Position numbers and translations under genes: made by a program
The notes under the pieces: model-generated
The model's input: only the letters and a program-made list of their open reading frames with translations
What the model was told of the DNA's origin: nothing
The model's database searches: none
Shown: one piece after another, positions 26,783-35,953 of the stretch
How positions within the stretch are numbered: position 1 is the first letter of the stretch
How the letters are laid out: every line of letters starts with the position of its first letter
From: an uncultured Terriglobales bacterium
GTDB taxonomy: Bacteria > Acidobacteriota > Terriglobia > Terriglobales > Acidobacteriaceae
DNA: 64,000 nucleotides
Direction: 5' to 3'
Assembly: GCA_964460655.1 (NCBI GenBank)
Contig: CAYWSH010000002.1
Span: forward strand, 1,377-65,376

Positions 26783-28603
26783 TTGCCGGGTATCTTCGGC
26801 CAGATCGATCTCACCGCTGAGCAGCTGACGCCGCCGCCGGCGGAGCACGCCAGCGAAGTCCTGCACCGCGTCCGGCTGCGTGGCCTCGAGATGGGCGTGT
26901 GGTCGCCCGCTGGTACGCGGGAAGCCGATGCTGTTTTTTCGGACAGTGCGGACCTGGCCTGTGTGTGCGACGCCGAGATTGTGAACCGCCCGGAGCTGCT
27001 GGCCGCGTTGGGCACCGATGTGCCCCCTCCGAACGGGATGGCCGAACTGCTGGCACGCTTGGTGGCTCGGGAAGGCGAGCACGCGTTTGCGCGTCTGCGC
27101 GGTGCGTTCAGCATCGCTGTCTGGGATCGCGGCGTGTTCTGGGCGGTAGTTGACCGCTTCACTATGAAGCGCCTTGCCTATGCGCAAACCGGCAGAGGAC
27201 TGCGTTTTGGCGCGCGCACGCGCTGGGTCGGGGCCGGGCGCAGCGTCGCGAACCACGCGCTCTATCACTACCTGAATCTCTCTTTTGTCCCTTCGCCGGA
27301 AACGATCTTCACTGGCGTGAACAAGCTCGCCCCGGGCTGCTGGCTGCGCCACGAGCAGGGAAGCGTGCGTACGGGGTGCTATTGGGAGATGCAGTATCCC
27401 GAGGCGCGTCGCGGATCGGAGCAACAACTCGGCGCGGCACTGAAGGAAACATTGCGCGGCGCGGTAGGCGCCAGCCTGGCGGAGATCGATCCGCAACGCA
27501 CGGGCTGCTTTCTGAGCGGCGGCACCGATAGCTCCAGCGTCGTCGGGATGGTAGGCGAAGTCTCCGGCAAATCGACCGATGCCTTCTCCATCGGCTTTGC
27601 CGAGGAAGCATTCAGCGAACTGTTCTACGCGCGCACCGCGGTCAAACACTTTGGCGCGCGCGGGCATGAACGCATCGTGAATGCCGACGATGCGTGGCGC
27701 ATCCTGCCGGCGATGGTGCGTGGCTTCGACGAGCCGTTCGGGAACTCTTCGGGTATCGGCGGCTACCTGTGCGCCGAGATGGCGGTGCAGAGCGGCATGA
27801 CCACGCTGCTCGCCGGTGACGGCGGCGACGAGATCTTTGGCGGCAACGAGCGCTATCGCAAAGACAAGATCTATGCCTGGGCACACGTCGTGCCGCGTCC
27901 GCTACTGGCGAATCCGGTGTGGGACGCGCTGGCGCGTGTGCCCATGATGCACGCCGGGCGCGCGCGGCAGATCCTGTATCGCGCATCGTTGCGCAATCCC
28001 GAGCGCTTTTACCTCGAAGATTGTTTGACCGCCGACCTGAACGGCAATCTCCTCGCGCCTGAGCTGGCTGACGGCGCCGTGCCGCCGCTCGAGATCATGC
28101 GGCGCTACTACGAGGGAGTGAAGGCGCACTCGGACTTGAATCGGCTGCTCTTCATCGACCTGAAGCTGACGATCTCGGACAATGATCTGGTGAAAGTCGG
28201 CTCCACGGCGGCCGCTTGCGGCCTGCGTGTGCGCTATCCCATGCTCGACCACCCGCTGGTCGAGTTCACGGGCGACATCGGCGCTGACATGAAGGTCAAG
28301 GGCCTGGAGAAGCGCTATCTCTTCAAGCGCGCTTTGCGCGGCTTCCTGCCGGCCGAGATCATTCGCAAGAAGAAGCAGGGATTTGGCGTGCCGGTATCGG
28401 TGTGGTTCCGCGAGGATGAACGGTTCCGCGGGCTGTTGCTCGAGGTGATCCACGATCCCGGCTTCGCGCAGCGTGGCTGGTTCCGTGCGGGCGCGGTCGA
28501 GCGCATGGCTGAGGAACACATGCGCGGCGTGCGCGAATGGGGAAATCTGCTGTGGGCCGTGCTGATGCTGGAACTGTGGCAACGCGAGGTAGCGCATGCC
28601 TGA
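26783..28603 (+). CDS. Asparagine-synthase-family amidotransferase lacking the N-terminal Cys nucleophile
   Basis: TTG start after a GGGAGAAG RBS. The N-terminus is M-PGIFG instead of M-CGI. The synthetase-domain PP-loop FLSGGTDSSSV is present. It lies in the EPS operon. Confidence 0.85.
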   Translation: MPGIFGQIDLTAEQLTPPPAEHASEVLHRVRLRGLEMGVWSPAGTREADAVFSDSADLACVCDAEIVNRPELLAALGTDVPPPNGMAELLARLVAREGEHAFARLRGAFSIAVWDRGVFWAVVDRFTMKRLAYAQTGRGLRFGARTRWVGAGRSVANHALYHYLNLSFVPSPETIFTGVNKLAPGCWLRHEQGSVRTGCYWEMQYPEARRGSEQQLGAALKETLRGAVGASLAEIDPQRTGCFLSGGTDSSSVVGMVGEVSGKSTDAFSIGFAEEAFSELFYARTAVKHFGARGHERIVNADDAWRILPAMVRGFDEPFGNSSGIGGYLCAEMAVQSGMTTLLAGDGGDEIFGGNERYRKDKIYAWAHVVPRPLLANPVWDALARVPMMHAGRARQILYRASLRNPERFYLEDCLTADLNGNLLAPELADGAVPPLEIMRRYYEGVKAHSDLNRLLFIDLKLTISDNDLVKVGSTAAACGLRVRYPMLDHPLVEFTGDIGADMKVKGLEKRYLFKRALRGFLPAEIIRKKKQGFGVPVSVWFREDERFRGLLLEVIHDPGFAQRGWFRAGAVERMAEEHMRGVREWGNLLWAVLMLELWQREVAHA

Positions 28604-29786
28604 GACGCGCGGCAAGCGGCTCCTGATGGTGGTGCACTCGGTGTTCCCGGCCACCGGCGGCGCCGAGATCCAGGCAGCCACCCTGGCGCGTCGCTTGCGG
28701 CAACGCAACTGGAACGTACGCTTCGTCGCGCTGTACTCCGCCGACACGGTCGGGGTCGAGTTCGAGGGCACGCCCGTGACCCGGCTGCGTGTGCCCGTCT
28801 TTCCTGGTCTTGCCGGCGCGCTCCTCATGCTGCGCATGGCCTGGCTGCTGTGGCGCGAGCGCCGTCGCTACGACGTGGTCCATGTACACATCATGAAGTC
28901 GCTGGCATTCGTCGCTGCCGTCGTCGCGCCGATGCTGGGCAAGCGCGTGGTCATGAAAGCGTCAGGCATCGACGAGCTGAATTGGGGGCTGCTCGCCGAG
29001 CAGCATCGCAACCGTCCGTTCTGGCGGCTGATGAACTGGGGCTGCCGCCGGGCCGACCATGTCGCGGCCATCAGTGGACGTATCCAGCGTCGCTTGTTTG
29101 CCTTCGGCTACGATGCCGCGCGCGTGGTGTACTTGCCGAATGGTGTCGAGATCGAGAAGTTCGCACGCGGCCTGGAGCGCTCCGCACAGCGCCAGACGCT
29201 CGGCCTGAAAGGCGAGCGCATCGCGGTCTACGTGGGACGATTTGAGGCGCCGAAGGGACTATTCGATCTGCTGACGGCGTGGATCGACGTCCGGCAACAG
29301 TTGCCGCAGGCGTTGCTCGTCATGGTGGGCTACGGGACGCTCGAACCGGCGTTGGCCGCGATCGTGCGCAGCCATCCTGCGTTGCAGGGCGGCGTGTACT
29401 TTGCGGGAAAGCAGACTGACGTGGCGCCATACCTGGCGGCGGCAGATGTGTACGTAGGTGCATCGCGCGAAGAAGGCCTATCCAACACGATGCTCGAAGC
29501 GATGGCGGCTGGCCTGCCGGTGGTGTCCACGGCTGTAAGTGGCGCGGAAGACATGGTGGAAGACGGTGTTACGGGCTACCTGGCGCCGATCGGCGATGCC
29601 GAGCAGTTGGCGGCGGCGTTGCTGCGCACGCTGAGCGATGTGGAGCACGCACGCCGCATGGGAGCGCGCGCCGCAGCCCTGGCGCGTGAACGCTTTGCCA
29701 TCGAGCGCGTCGTAGAGCGCTACGAAGAGCTATATACCGGGAAGCCGGCGGCGAATCCGGCGCCGGCGCTGGCGGTGCGCGCATGA
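28596..29786 (+). CDS. GT4-family glycosyltransferase
   Basis: RLLMVVHSVFPATGGAEIQ.. N-domain. C-domain with ..EEGLSNTMLEAMAAGLPVVSTAVSGAEDMVEDGVTG (EX7E). Confidence 0.85.
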   Translation: MPETRGKRLLMVVHSVFPATGGAEIQAATLARRLRQRNWNVRFVALYSADTVGVEFEGTPVTRLRVPVFPGLAGALLMLRMAWLLWRERRRYDVVHVHIMKSLAFVAAVVAPMLGKRVVMKASGIDELNWGLLAEQHRNRPFWRLMNWGCRRADHVAAISGRIQRRLFAFGYDAARVVYLPNGVEIEKFARGLERSAQRQTLGLKGERIAVYVGRFEAPKGLFDLLTAWIDVRQQLPQALLVMVGYGTLEPALAAIVRSHPALQGGVYFAGKQTDVAPYLAAADVYVGASREEGLSNTMLEAMAAGLPVVSTAVSGAEDMVEDGVTGYLAPIGDAEQLAAALLRTLSDVEHARRMGARAAALARERFAIERVVERYEELYTGKPAANPAPALAVRA

Positions 29787-31015
29787 CCGCGTCCTCGTCC
29801 GTCCCGGCCGCCGCGCGTCCGCGCGTCCCCTACATGGTTTCGATGTTCCCCTGTTGGTCCGAGACGTTCATCGCGGAGGAGATCCATCATCTGCGCGAGC
29901 AGGGCTTCGACGTCCCGATCTTCTCTTTACGTCCCGCCAACGAGCCAGACGTGCACACGCTGGCGCAGCAACTCCTGCCCCAGGTCCGCTACGCGTCGAA
30001 GAGCGACGTTATCAAGGCGCAGTTCTACTGGCTATCACGCCGCCCGCTGCGTTACGTGGGACAACTGCTGCACGTCGCACTCGGCGCCGGCTTCGTGCCC
30101 GTGGAATGGGCGAAGCAAGTGGCGAGCTTCGCGCTCGGCGCGTACTTCGGGCGCGTGATGGAAGCCGAAGACCTGCCGCGGCTGCACGCGCACTGGCTCA
30201 CCTACTCCGCTACTGGCGCCTGGACAGCGCACGCGCTCACCGGCCGGCCGTTCAGCATCACGACACACGCGCACGACCTGTTTCATCCCGATCGCCTCGC
30301 GGTGCGCAAGTGCCGTGCTGCGCAGTACGTGATCACCATCTCGGAATACAACCGGCGTCGCCTGCAGCAGATGGGTGTTGCCGCCGAGAAGATCCGCGTG
30401 GTCCATTGTGGTGTCGACACGCGGAAGTTCGTGGCCGCACCGCGCCGCAACGGCGACGTGCCGAAGCTGATGTCGGTGGGCCGCCTCATCCCTATGAAGG
30501 GTTTCGCTACGCTGATCGACGCGTGCGGCCTGCTGCGCGACCGGGGCGTGCGCGTTGCGTGCGAGATCGTGGGCGACGGCGAACTGGCCGGTGCGCTGCG
30601 CCGCCAGGTAGCGGAGCGCAAGCTGGAAGGGGTCGTTACACTCAGCGGCTTTGCGCCGCAGGAAGCGGTGAAGGAGAAGCTGACGCAGGCCGCGGCGTTC
30701 GTGCTGCCGTCGCAGACGGAAGCCACTGGCGTACAGGACGGCATCCCCGTGGCCCTGATGGAAGCCATGTGCATGGGCGTACCGGCTATTTCCACCACGA
30801 TCTCTGGTATCCCCGAGCTGATCGAGAATGGCGTCTCGGGCCTACTGGTACCGCCGGCGGATCCGGCGGCACTGGCGGACGCGATCGCGCGCCTGCTCCG
30901 CGCGCCGGACGAAGCCGTTCGCATGGCCGAGCGCGGACGCCAGCGTGTAATGGAAGACTTCGACGTGCGTACGAACTCCGCCCAACTGGCTGCGCTGCTG
31001 GGGGACAAGCAGTGA
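29783..31015 (+). CDS. GT4-family glycosyltransferase (WcaL-like)
   Basis: ATGA overlap with the upstream gene. Motifs VSMFPCWSETFI..E, and ..TGVQDGIPVALMEAMCMGVPAISTTISGIPELIENGVSG. Confidence 0.85.
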   Translation: MTASSSVPAAARPRVPYMVSMFPCWSETFIAEEIHHLREQGFDVPIFSLRPANEPDVHTLAQQLLPQVRYASKSDVIKAQFYWLSRRPLRYVGQLLHVALGAGFVPVEWAKQVASFALGAYFGRVMEAEDLPRLHAHWLTYSATGAWTAHALTGRPFSITTHAHDLFHPDRLAVRKCRAAQYVITISEYNRRRLQQMGVAAEKIRVVHCGVDTRKFVAAPRRNGDVPKLMSVGRLIPMKGFATLIDACGLLRDRGVRVACEIVGDGELAGALRRQVAERKLEGVVTLSGFAPQEAVKEKLTQAAAFVLPSQTEATGVQDGIPVALMEAMCMGVPAISTTISGIPELIENGVSGLLVPPADPAALADAIARLLRAPDEAVRMAERGRQRVMEDFDVRTNSAQLAALLGDKQ

Positions 31016-32178
31016 CGCGCGTCGTCCTCATCATCGGCGAATTGGAGATCGGCGGGACACAGCGCCAGATGCTGGAATTAGCGCGTCGCCTCGACCGTGA
31101 CCGGTTCACCGCCGAGATATGCGGCCTTTCGCGCAGCCTGGCCTTTGCCGGAGAAGTGGAACGCGCGGGCGTCGCGTTGCACGTGGTCGAGAAGCGTTCG
31201 CGCTACGACGTCGGCATCATCCCGCGCCTGCGGCGGCATCTGCGCGGCGCGGGCGTAGTCATCACCTTCGGTTCGACTGCAGATCTCTGGGGAAGAGTGG
31301 CGGCGCGTGCTGCCGGCGTTCCGGTCGTGATGTCGTCCGTCCGTACTTCGCGCGAAGACCTGCGGCTGGTGAACTGGACGAACCGCTGCTTGCGCGCCCT
31401 AGGCGACGCTTACATCGCCAATTCACAAGCGGTTGCGAAGTATCTGCTCGACCTTGGCGTACCCAACGAGCGGATCGCGGTCATCCCGAACGGGATTGAC
31501 CTCGAACGCTTTCGCGCGACGCCCGAACGTGCCACAGTCCGCCATGAGCTTGGCTTGCCGGGAGGATCCTTTGTAGTGGGGATGGTGAGCCGTTTGTCGC
31601 CCGAAAAGGATCCGGTAGGCTTCGTGCGCGTTGCCGCCCGCGTGGCGCCCGCGTTGCCGCAGGTACACTTCGTACTCATCGGCGATGGCCCGCTGCGCGG
31701 GGCGGTGGAAGCCGAGGTTGCCGCGTCGAACTTGCAGGCAAGTTTCCACTGTCTGGGTGCGCGCAGCGATGTACCGCACATTTTGCCCGCCTTCGACCTG
31801 GCGATGCTGACATCACGGCGCGAGGGTCTCTCCAACACCCTGCTGGAGTACATGGCTGCGTCGCTCCCGATCGTAGCGACGAACGTGGGTGGCAATCCGG
31901 AAGTGCTGCGCGAGGGCGAGACCGGGATGTTGTACGCTGGTGACGACGTCGCCGCAGGCGCGGCTGTCGTGCTGCAGCTGGCGCGTGACGACGACCGACG
32001 GAAGAAGATGGGAAGCGCCGCGCGGCGTGCGGTGGAAGAGCGCTTTTCGATGACGGCCATGGTGAACAGCACCGCAGCGTTGCTGGAGCACTGGTTGGCA
32101 AGCAAACCAGCTCGGGCGGAATCCCGCGCAGCAGGTGCGACCGCGAGTCTAGACGCAGATCAAGGACGGCGACCCTAG
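31012..32178 (+). CDS. GT4-family glycosyltransferase
   Basis: GTG at 31012 (GTGA overlap with the upstream stop) inside the run-on ORF 29854..32178. Starts VTRVVLIIGELEIGGTQRQ.. Also REGLSNTLLEYMAASLPIVATNVGGNPEVLREGETG. Confidence 0.8.
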   Translation: MTRVVLIIGELEIGGTQRQMLELARRLDRDRFTAEICGLSRSLAFAGEVERAGVALHVVEKRSRYDVGIIPRLRRHLRGAGVVITFGSTADLWGRVAARAAGVPVVMSSVRTSREDLRLVNWTNRCLRALGDAYIANSQAVAKYLLDLGVPNERIAVIPNGIDLERFRATPERATVRHELGLPGGSFVVGMVSRLSPEKDPVGFVRVAARVAPALPQVHFVLIGDGPLRGAVEAEVAASNLQASFHCLGARSDVPHILPAFDLAMLTSRREGLSNTLLEYMAASLPIVATNVGGNPEVLREGETGMLYAGDDVAAGAAVVLQLARDDDRRKKMGSAARRAVEERFSMTAMVNSTAALLEHWLASKPARAESRAAGATASLDADQGRRP

Positions 32179-32181
32179 GCT

Positions 32182-34086
32182 ATGTGTGGCATTTGTGGCA
32201 TCGTCGGAACGAAACCAGGGCAGGCCTCGAAGGAGGCGCTGACCCCGATGGCCGCGTCGATCCAGCATCGCGGGCCCGACGACGACGGCTTTTACGTTTC
32301 GCCTGACCGCACCGCCGGTCTCGGCTTCCGCCGGCTCTCGATCATCGATCTCCACACCGGCCACCAGCCCATCAGCAACGAGACGGGCGACATCTGGATC
32401 GTCTTCAACGGCGAGGTCTATAACTTCCACGCGCTGCGCGACGAGCTTACGGCCGCGGGGCACAGCTTCCGCACCCAGACCGACACCGAAGCCATCGTCC
32501 ACCTCTACGAGCAGTATGGCGAAGGCTGCGTGGAGAAGTTGCGCGGCATGTTCGCGTTCGCCATCTGGGACGAGCCGCGGCGTCGCCTTTTCCTGGCGCG
32601 TGACCGCGTCGGCAAGAAGCCCGTGTTCTACGCCTTCGACCGCGGCCGGTTGCTCTTCGCTTCCGAGATGAAGGCGCTGCTCACGCAACTGGAGCGCGCG
32701 CCGCAGATCGATCCCGAGGCGGTGGACCTCTATCTCGCGTTCGGGAATGTGCCGCCGCCGCGCACCATCTACCAGGATGTGCATCGCCTCCAGCCCGGGC
32801 ACTGGCTGCGTTACGACGCTAGCGGGCTCGAGGTCCGGCGTTACTGGGACCTGGACTTCACGCCGCACGCCATGCCCAGCGAGCCCGAGCTGCTGCGCCA
32901 GATCGAGGACCTGCTGCGCGAGTCGGTGCGGCTGCGGTTGATCAGCGACGTGCCGTTGGGTGCGCTGCTCTCCGGCGGTGTGGATTCGTCGAGCGTGGTG
33001 GCGCTGATGGCGCATGAGAGCGGGCGTCCGCCGAAAACGTTCTCCGTCGGCTTCGAGGAAGACGACTTCAGCGAGCTGGCGCATGCTCGGCGCGTCGCTA
33101 AGCACCTCGGCACCGAGCACTACGAGCAGATCGTGCACCCCAACATCGAGCAGCTGATGTACGAGTTGGTGGAGCACTTCGATGAGCCCTTCGGCGATTC
33201 CTCGATCATTCCCACGTTCCTGGTGTGCCAGCACGCGCGGCAGCACATCACCGTGGCGCTGAGCGGCGACGGGGGCGACGAAACATTCGCCGGCTATCCC
33301 CGATATCTCTACGAGCGCTGGGTGGGCCGCGCAGCCAGCATTCCGGGCGTCTCCGCGCTCGCCAGTTCCGTGTCGCTTCTCTGGCCGGCGCAGTGGCGCG
33401 GCAAGCGCCAGATGCGCAAGATGCGGTGGGGTAGCGGACTGCGCTACGCGGAAGCCGTGTCGGTCGTGGACACGGAGATGCGGCACGAGCTGTGGGGCAA
33501 CGGCCGCGCGCCGCAGACCGCGCGCGAGTTCATACGCCGGCACTACTCGCCGCGCGGCATGGACAGCGTTTCACATGCCCAATACGCCGATTCGCTGGTG
33601 AACTACCTGCCCGGCGACATCCTCCCCAAGGTCGATATCGCCAGCATGAAAGTGTCACTCGAGGTGCGCAGCCCTCTGCTCGATCATCAGCTGATGGAGT
33701 TCATGGCGCACGTGCCCATCGGGCTGAAGATGCGCGGTGCGAACCCGAAATACCTGCTGAAGAAGATCGCCGAGCGCTACGTCCCGCCGGAAGTGTTGTA
33801 CCGGCCGAAGCAGGGCTTCACGCTGCCGCTGCGCTGGTGGTTCTCCGAGAGCCTGCGGCCGTTCATGGAGTCGTTGCTGGTGGGGAAGGAATCGAGGGTT
33901 GCCGCCATCCTGCGCGGCGATGTGGTGGAGCGGCTCATCCACGAGCACGTGACACGTGGCGTACAGCATACGGATGCGCTCTATGCATTGCTGGCGCTCG
34001 AGATCTGGCTCCGACGGCGCGACATCAGCGTGCCGGAGTTACACGAACGGTTCCACCGTCAACCGGCGGCGCAGCCCGCGTCCTAA
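32182..34086 (+). CDS. Asparagine synthase (glutamine-hydrolysing) family amidotransferase, intact
   Basis: N-terminus MCGICGIVG (Cys2 nucleophile), RGPDD, LLSGGVDSSSV PP-loop. Confidence 0.9.
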   Translation: MCGICGIVGTKPGQASKEALTPMAASIQHRGPDDDGFYVSPDRTAGLGFRRLSIIDLHTGHQPISNETGDIWIVFNGEVYNFHALRDELTAAGHSFRTQTDTEAIVHLYEQYGEGCVEKLRGMFAFAIWDEPRRRLFLARDRVGKKPVFYAFDRGRLLFASEMKALLTQLERAPQIDPEAVDLYLAFGNVPPPRTIYQDVHRLQPGHWLRYDASGLEVRRYWDLDFTPHAMPSEPELLRQIEDLLRESVRLRLISDVPLGALLSGGVDSSSVVALMAHESGRPPKTFSVGFEEDDFSELAHARRVAKHLGTEHYEQIVHPNIEQLMYELVEHFDEPFGDSSIIPTFLVCQHARQHITVALSGDGGDETFAGYPRYLYERWVGRAASIPGVSALASSVSLLWPAQWRGKRQMRKMRWGSGLRYAEAVSVVDTEMRHELWGNGRAPQTAREFIRRHYSPRGMDSVSHAQYADSLVNYLPGDILPKVDIASMKVSLEVRSPLLDHQLMEFMAHVPIGLKMRGANPKYLLKKIAERYVPPEVLYRPKQGFTLPLRWWFSESLRPFMESLLVGKESRVAAILRGDVVERLIHEHVTRGVQHTDALYALLALEIWLRRRDISVPELHERFHRQPAAQPAS

Positions 34087-34868
34087 GCGGGCTTGGGCGC
34101 GGCTTGCGCGCGCCGCTCGCGGCGTTTGCCCATCCACTCCAGGTAGCGCACCGACAGCTTGCCCTTGAGCGTGATGCCGTGCAGCGAGTAATACGAATCG
34201 ACCACCACGCCGCCGAACTCTTCCTTCAACGCGTTGATCTGCAGCATGTGCTTGTCGTCCGTGCCGGCGTACCAACCGCCGAAATCCACGGTGGCAATCC
34301 CCGCTGTCTGGAAGGCCTCGATGTCGCGCCAATGCAGAAAACGATTCGCACGTCCCACTGCCTGCCGGAAAGCAGGAGCGGCGGCAGCCCGATGGAGTGA
34401 GGCCGAGTACAGGAGCACAGCGTTGCGGGCGTCGTTGTAGTAGGCGTGCCAGACCGCTGGTGCGCCTTCGATCTGCGCGTAGCTGACCGTGAGCAGGTTC
34501 GCCTCGGCCATGCCGCGCAGCCAGCCACGGTCCGCGGGGCGGAGCTGGATGGCGCGGCCGGCATCGTCATAGAAATCACAGAAACGCTCGACCTCACCCC
34601 TTGCTTCTGTGCCGCTGAAGCGCTGGTCGGTGACGCCGTCCTTTTGCGCCCGCCGCACCGAATAGCGGACTTCCTTGTCCGTCTTCTCCAGCAGCTCGGC
34701 TGCCGGTCGCGTCATGTCGAGGGCAAGCGAATGCCGGTTCGTACGCTGCCAGCCCGGCGATGACGCCGGCCACGCGTTGTAACGCACCACGTCGGCCCTG
34801 CCGGGCGCGAAGGTCTCGCCGCAGAAGACATCGGCGATGAGCACACCCTGCTTGCGCGAGAGGAACAT
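34083..34868 (-). CDS. FemAB/GNAT-like protein (PEP-CTERM-system-associated FemAB-related family)
   Basis: 261 aa. Acetyltransf_6/FemAB-like segments (..LLYSASL.., ..ANRFLHWRDIE.., FDFGG-like VDFGGW). Its stop overlaps the convergent asnB-like stop. The family call is based partly on context. Confidence 0.6.
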   Translation of the reverse strand: MFLSRKQGVLIADVFCGETFAPGRADVVRYNAWPASSPGWQRTNRHSLALDMTRPAAELLEKTDKEVRYSVRRAQKDGVTDQRFSGTEARGEVERFCDFYDDAGRAIQLRPADRGWLRGMAEANLLTVSYAQIEGAPAVWHAYYNDARNAVLLYSASLHRAAAAPAFRQAVGRANRFLHWRDIEAFQTAGIATVDFGGWYAGTDDKHMLQINALKEEFGGVVVDSYYSLHGITLKGKLSVRYLEWMGKRRERRAQAAPKPA

Positions 34869-34912
34869 TCCTTATGAGCTTAGGGGCGTAGGTGCCCGGA
34901 GACAAGTAACGT

Positions 34913-35950
34913 TCAGCGGTCGTGGTGGATCTGCGGGCTCAACCCCATGGATGCCTTGGCCATGTAGAACTGCACTGATTGCGGGCTGAAGTCGCCTCTG
35001 CCGTTCACGATGGAAGAGCTGCTCACGCCGATGCGCGGCAAGGCGAAGACGTCTTCGCTCTTGTGCAGCAATTGCGCGCGCGTCGTTACGCCGACCTTGT
35101 AACCGGCAGCCGCGACCGCTTTGCGCAGCTCTGGCGTGTTGGCGCCGAAGGGATAGCAGAATGTGTCCACGGTGTGTCCCAGGAGAGCGCCCAAAGCGGC
35201 GCGCGAGCCCCTTATCTCCTGTTCGGCGGCGGGCAGGGCTACGCGCGTGAGTGTGACGTGATTGGTGGTGTGCGAGCCAAAAGTGAAGCCGCCTCTTTCC
35301 ATCTCGCGGACCTGCTCCCAATCGATAAAAACCCGCTGTTGCGCCTCCGGCGGTAGTCCAATCGCCGACCGTACGCGATCGAGGAACTCATCCACTTCCT
35401 GCGGCCAGTGCAGCAGGATGTGCTTGCGGATGGGTTCGAATTCGAGCGCGCGCGTCGCCAGCGGCCACCACGGCGCGGGCAGGTCGTCGGGAATGGCTGT
35501 GATGCCCCGTTGCGCGGCATCAGTGATGAGGTTCCACAGGCGGTCCTGCCAGAAGCGGCGCGTCGTCCCGATGTAATTCACCGGGAGGAAGACGGTCGCG
35601 GGCAGACTCAGGTCGCGCAGCACCGGGTACGCATGGTTGTAGGTGTCGAGCCAGCCGTCGTCGAAGGTGAGGGCGCACTTGGGGCGGCGAGCGCGCCGGC
35701 CGGCGTACTGCGGGAGCTCCGCCAGCGGTACCACGTCGAAACGGCTCTTCAGCCACTCCGCCATCGCAATGAACAGGTCTCTCCCCGTGACCATGCCGTG
35801 CGAATAGAAGGGTTCACCGGCTGGCAGCACGCGGTGGTACATGAAGATGGCCGGCGCAGAGCGGCTCAGCCACGCCGCCGTGGTGTTGAAGAGCGGCATG
35901 CGTAGCAGCTTCTGCCGGACCGAGGACCGCAACTTTACGTTCTTGGCCAT
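34913..35950 (-). CDS. Polysaccharide deacetylase (NodB homology domain)
   Basis: CALTFDDGWLDTYNHAYPVLRDLSLPATVFLPVNYIG, FGSHTTNHVTL. Confidence 0.85.
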   Translation of the reverse strand: MAKNVKLRSSVRQKLLRMPLFNTTAAWLSRSAPAIFMYHRVLPAGEPFYSHGMVTGRDLFIAMAEWLKSRFDVVPLAELPQYAGRRARRPKCALTFDDGWLDTYNHAYPVLRDLSLPATVFLPVNYIGTTRRFWQDRLWNLITDAAQRGITAIPDDLPAPWWPLATRALEFEPIRKHILLHWPQEVDEFLDRVRSAIGLPPEAQQRVFIDWEQVREMERGGFTFGSHTTNHVTLTRVALPAAEQEIRGSRAALGALLGHTVDTFCYPFGANTPELRKAVAAAGYKVGVTTRAQLLHKSEDVFALPRIGVSSSSIVNGRGDFSPQSVQFYMAKASMGLSPQIHHDR

Positions 35951-35953
35951 TAT

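Noticed and set aside
29854-31011. N-terminal 386 codons of the 774-aa ORF 29854..32178.
   Set aside because: This part is an out-of-frame shadow of the GT4 gene 29783..31015 and is Arg/Pro/Gly-rich. Only the portion from GTG 31012 (VTRVVLIIGELEIGGTQ..) looks like a glycosyltransferase, and it is coupled to the upstream stop.
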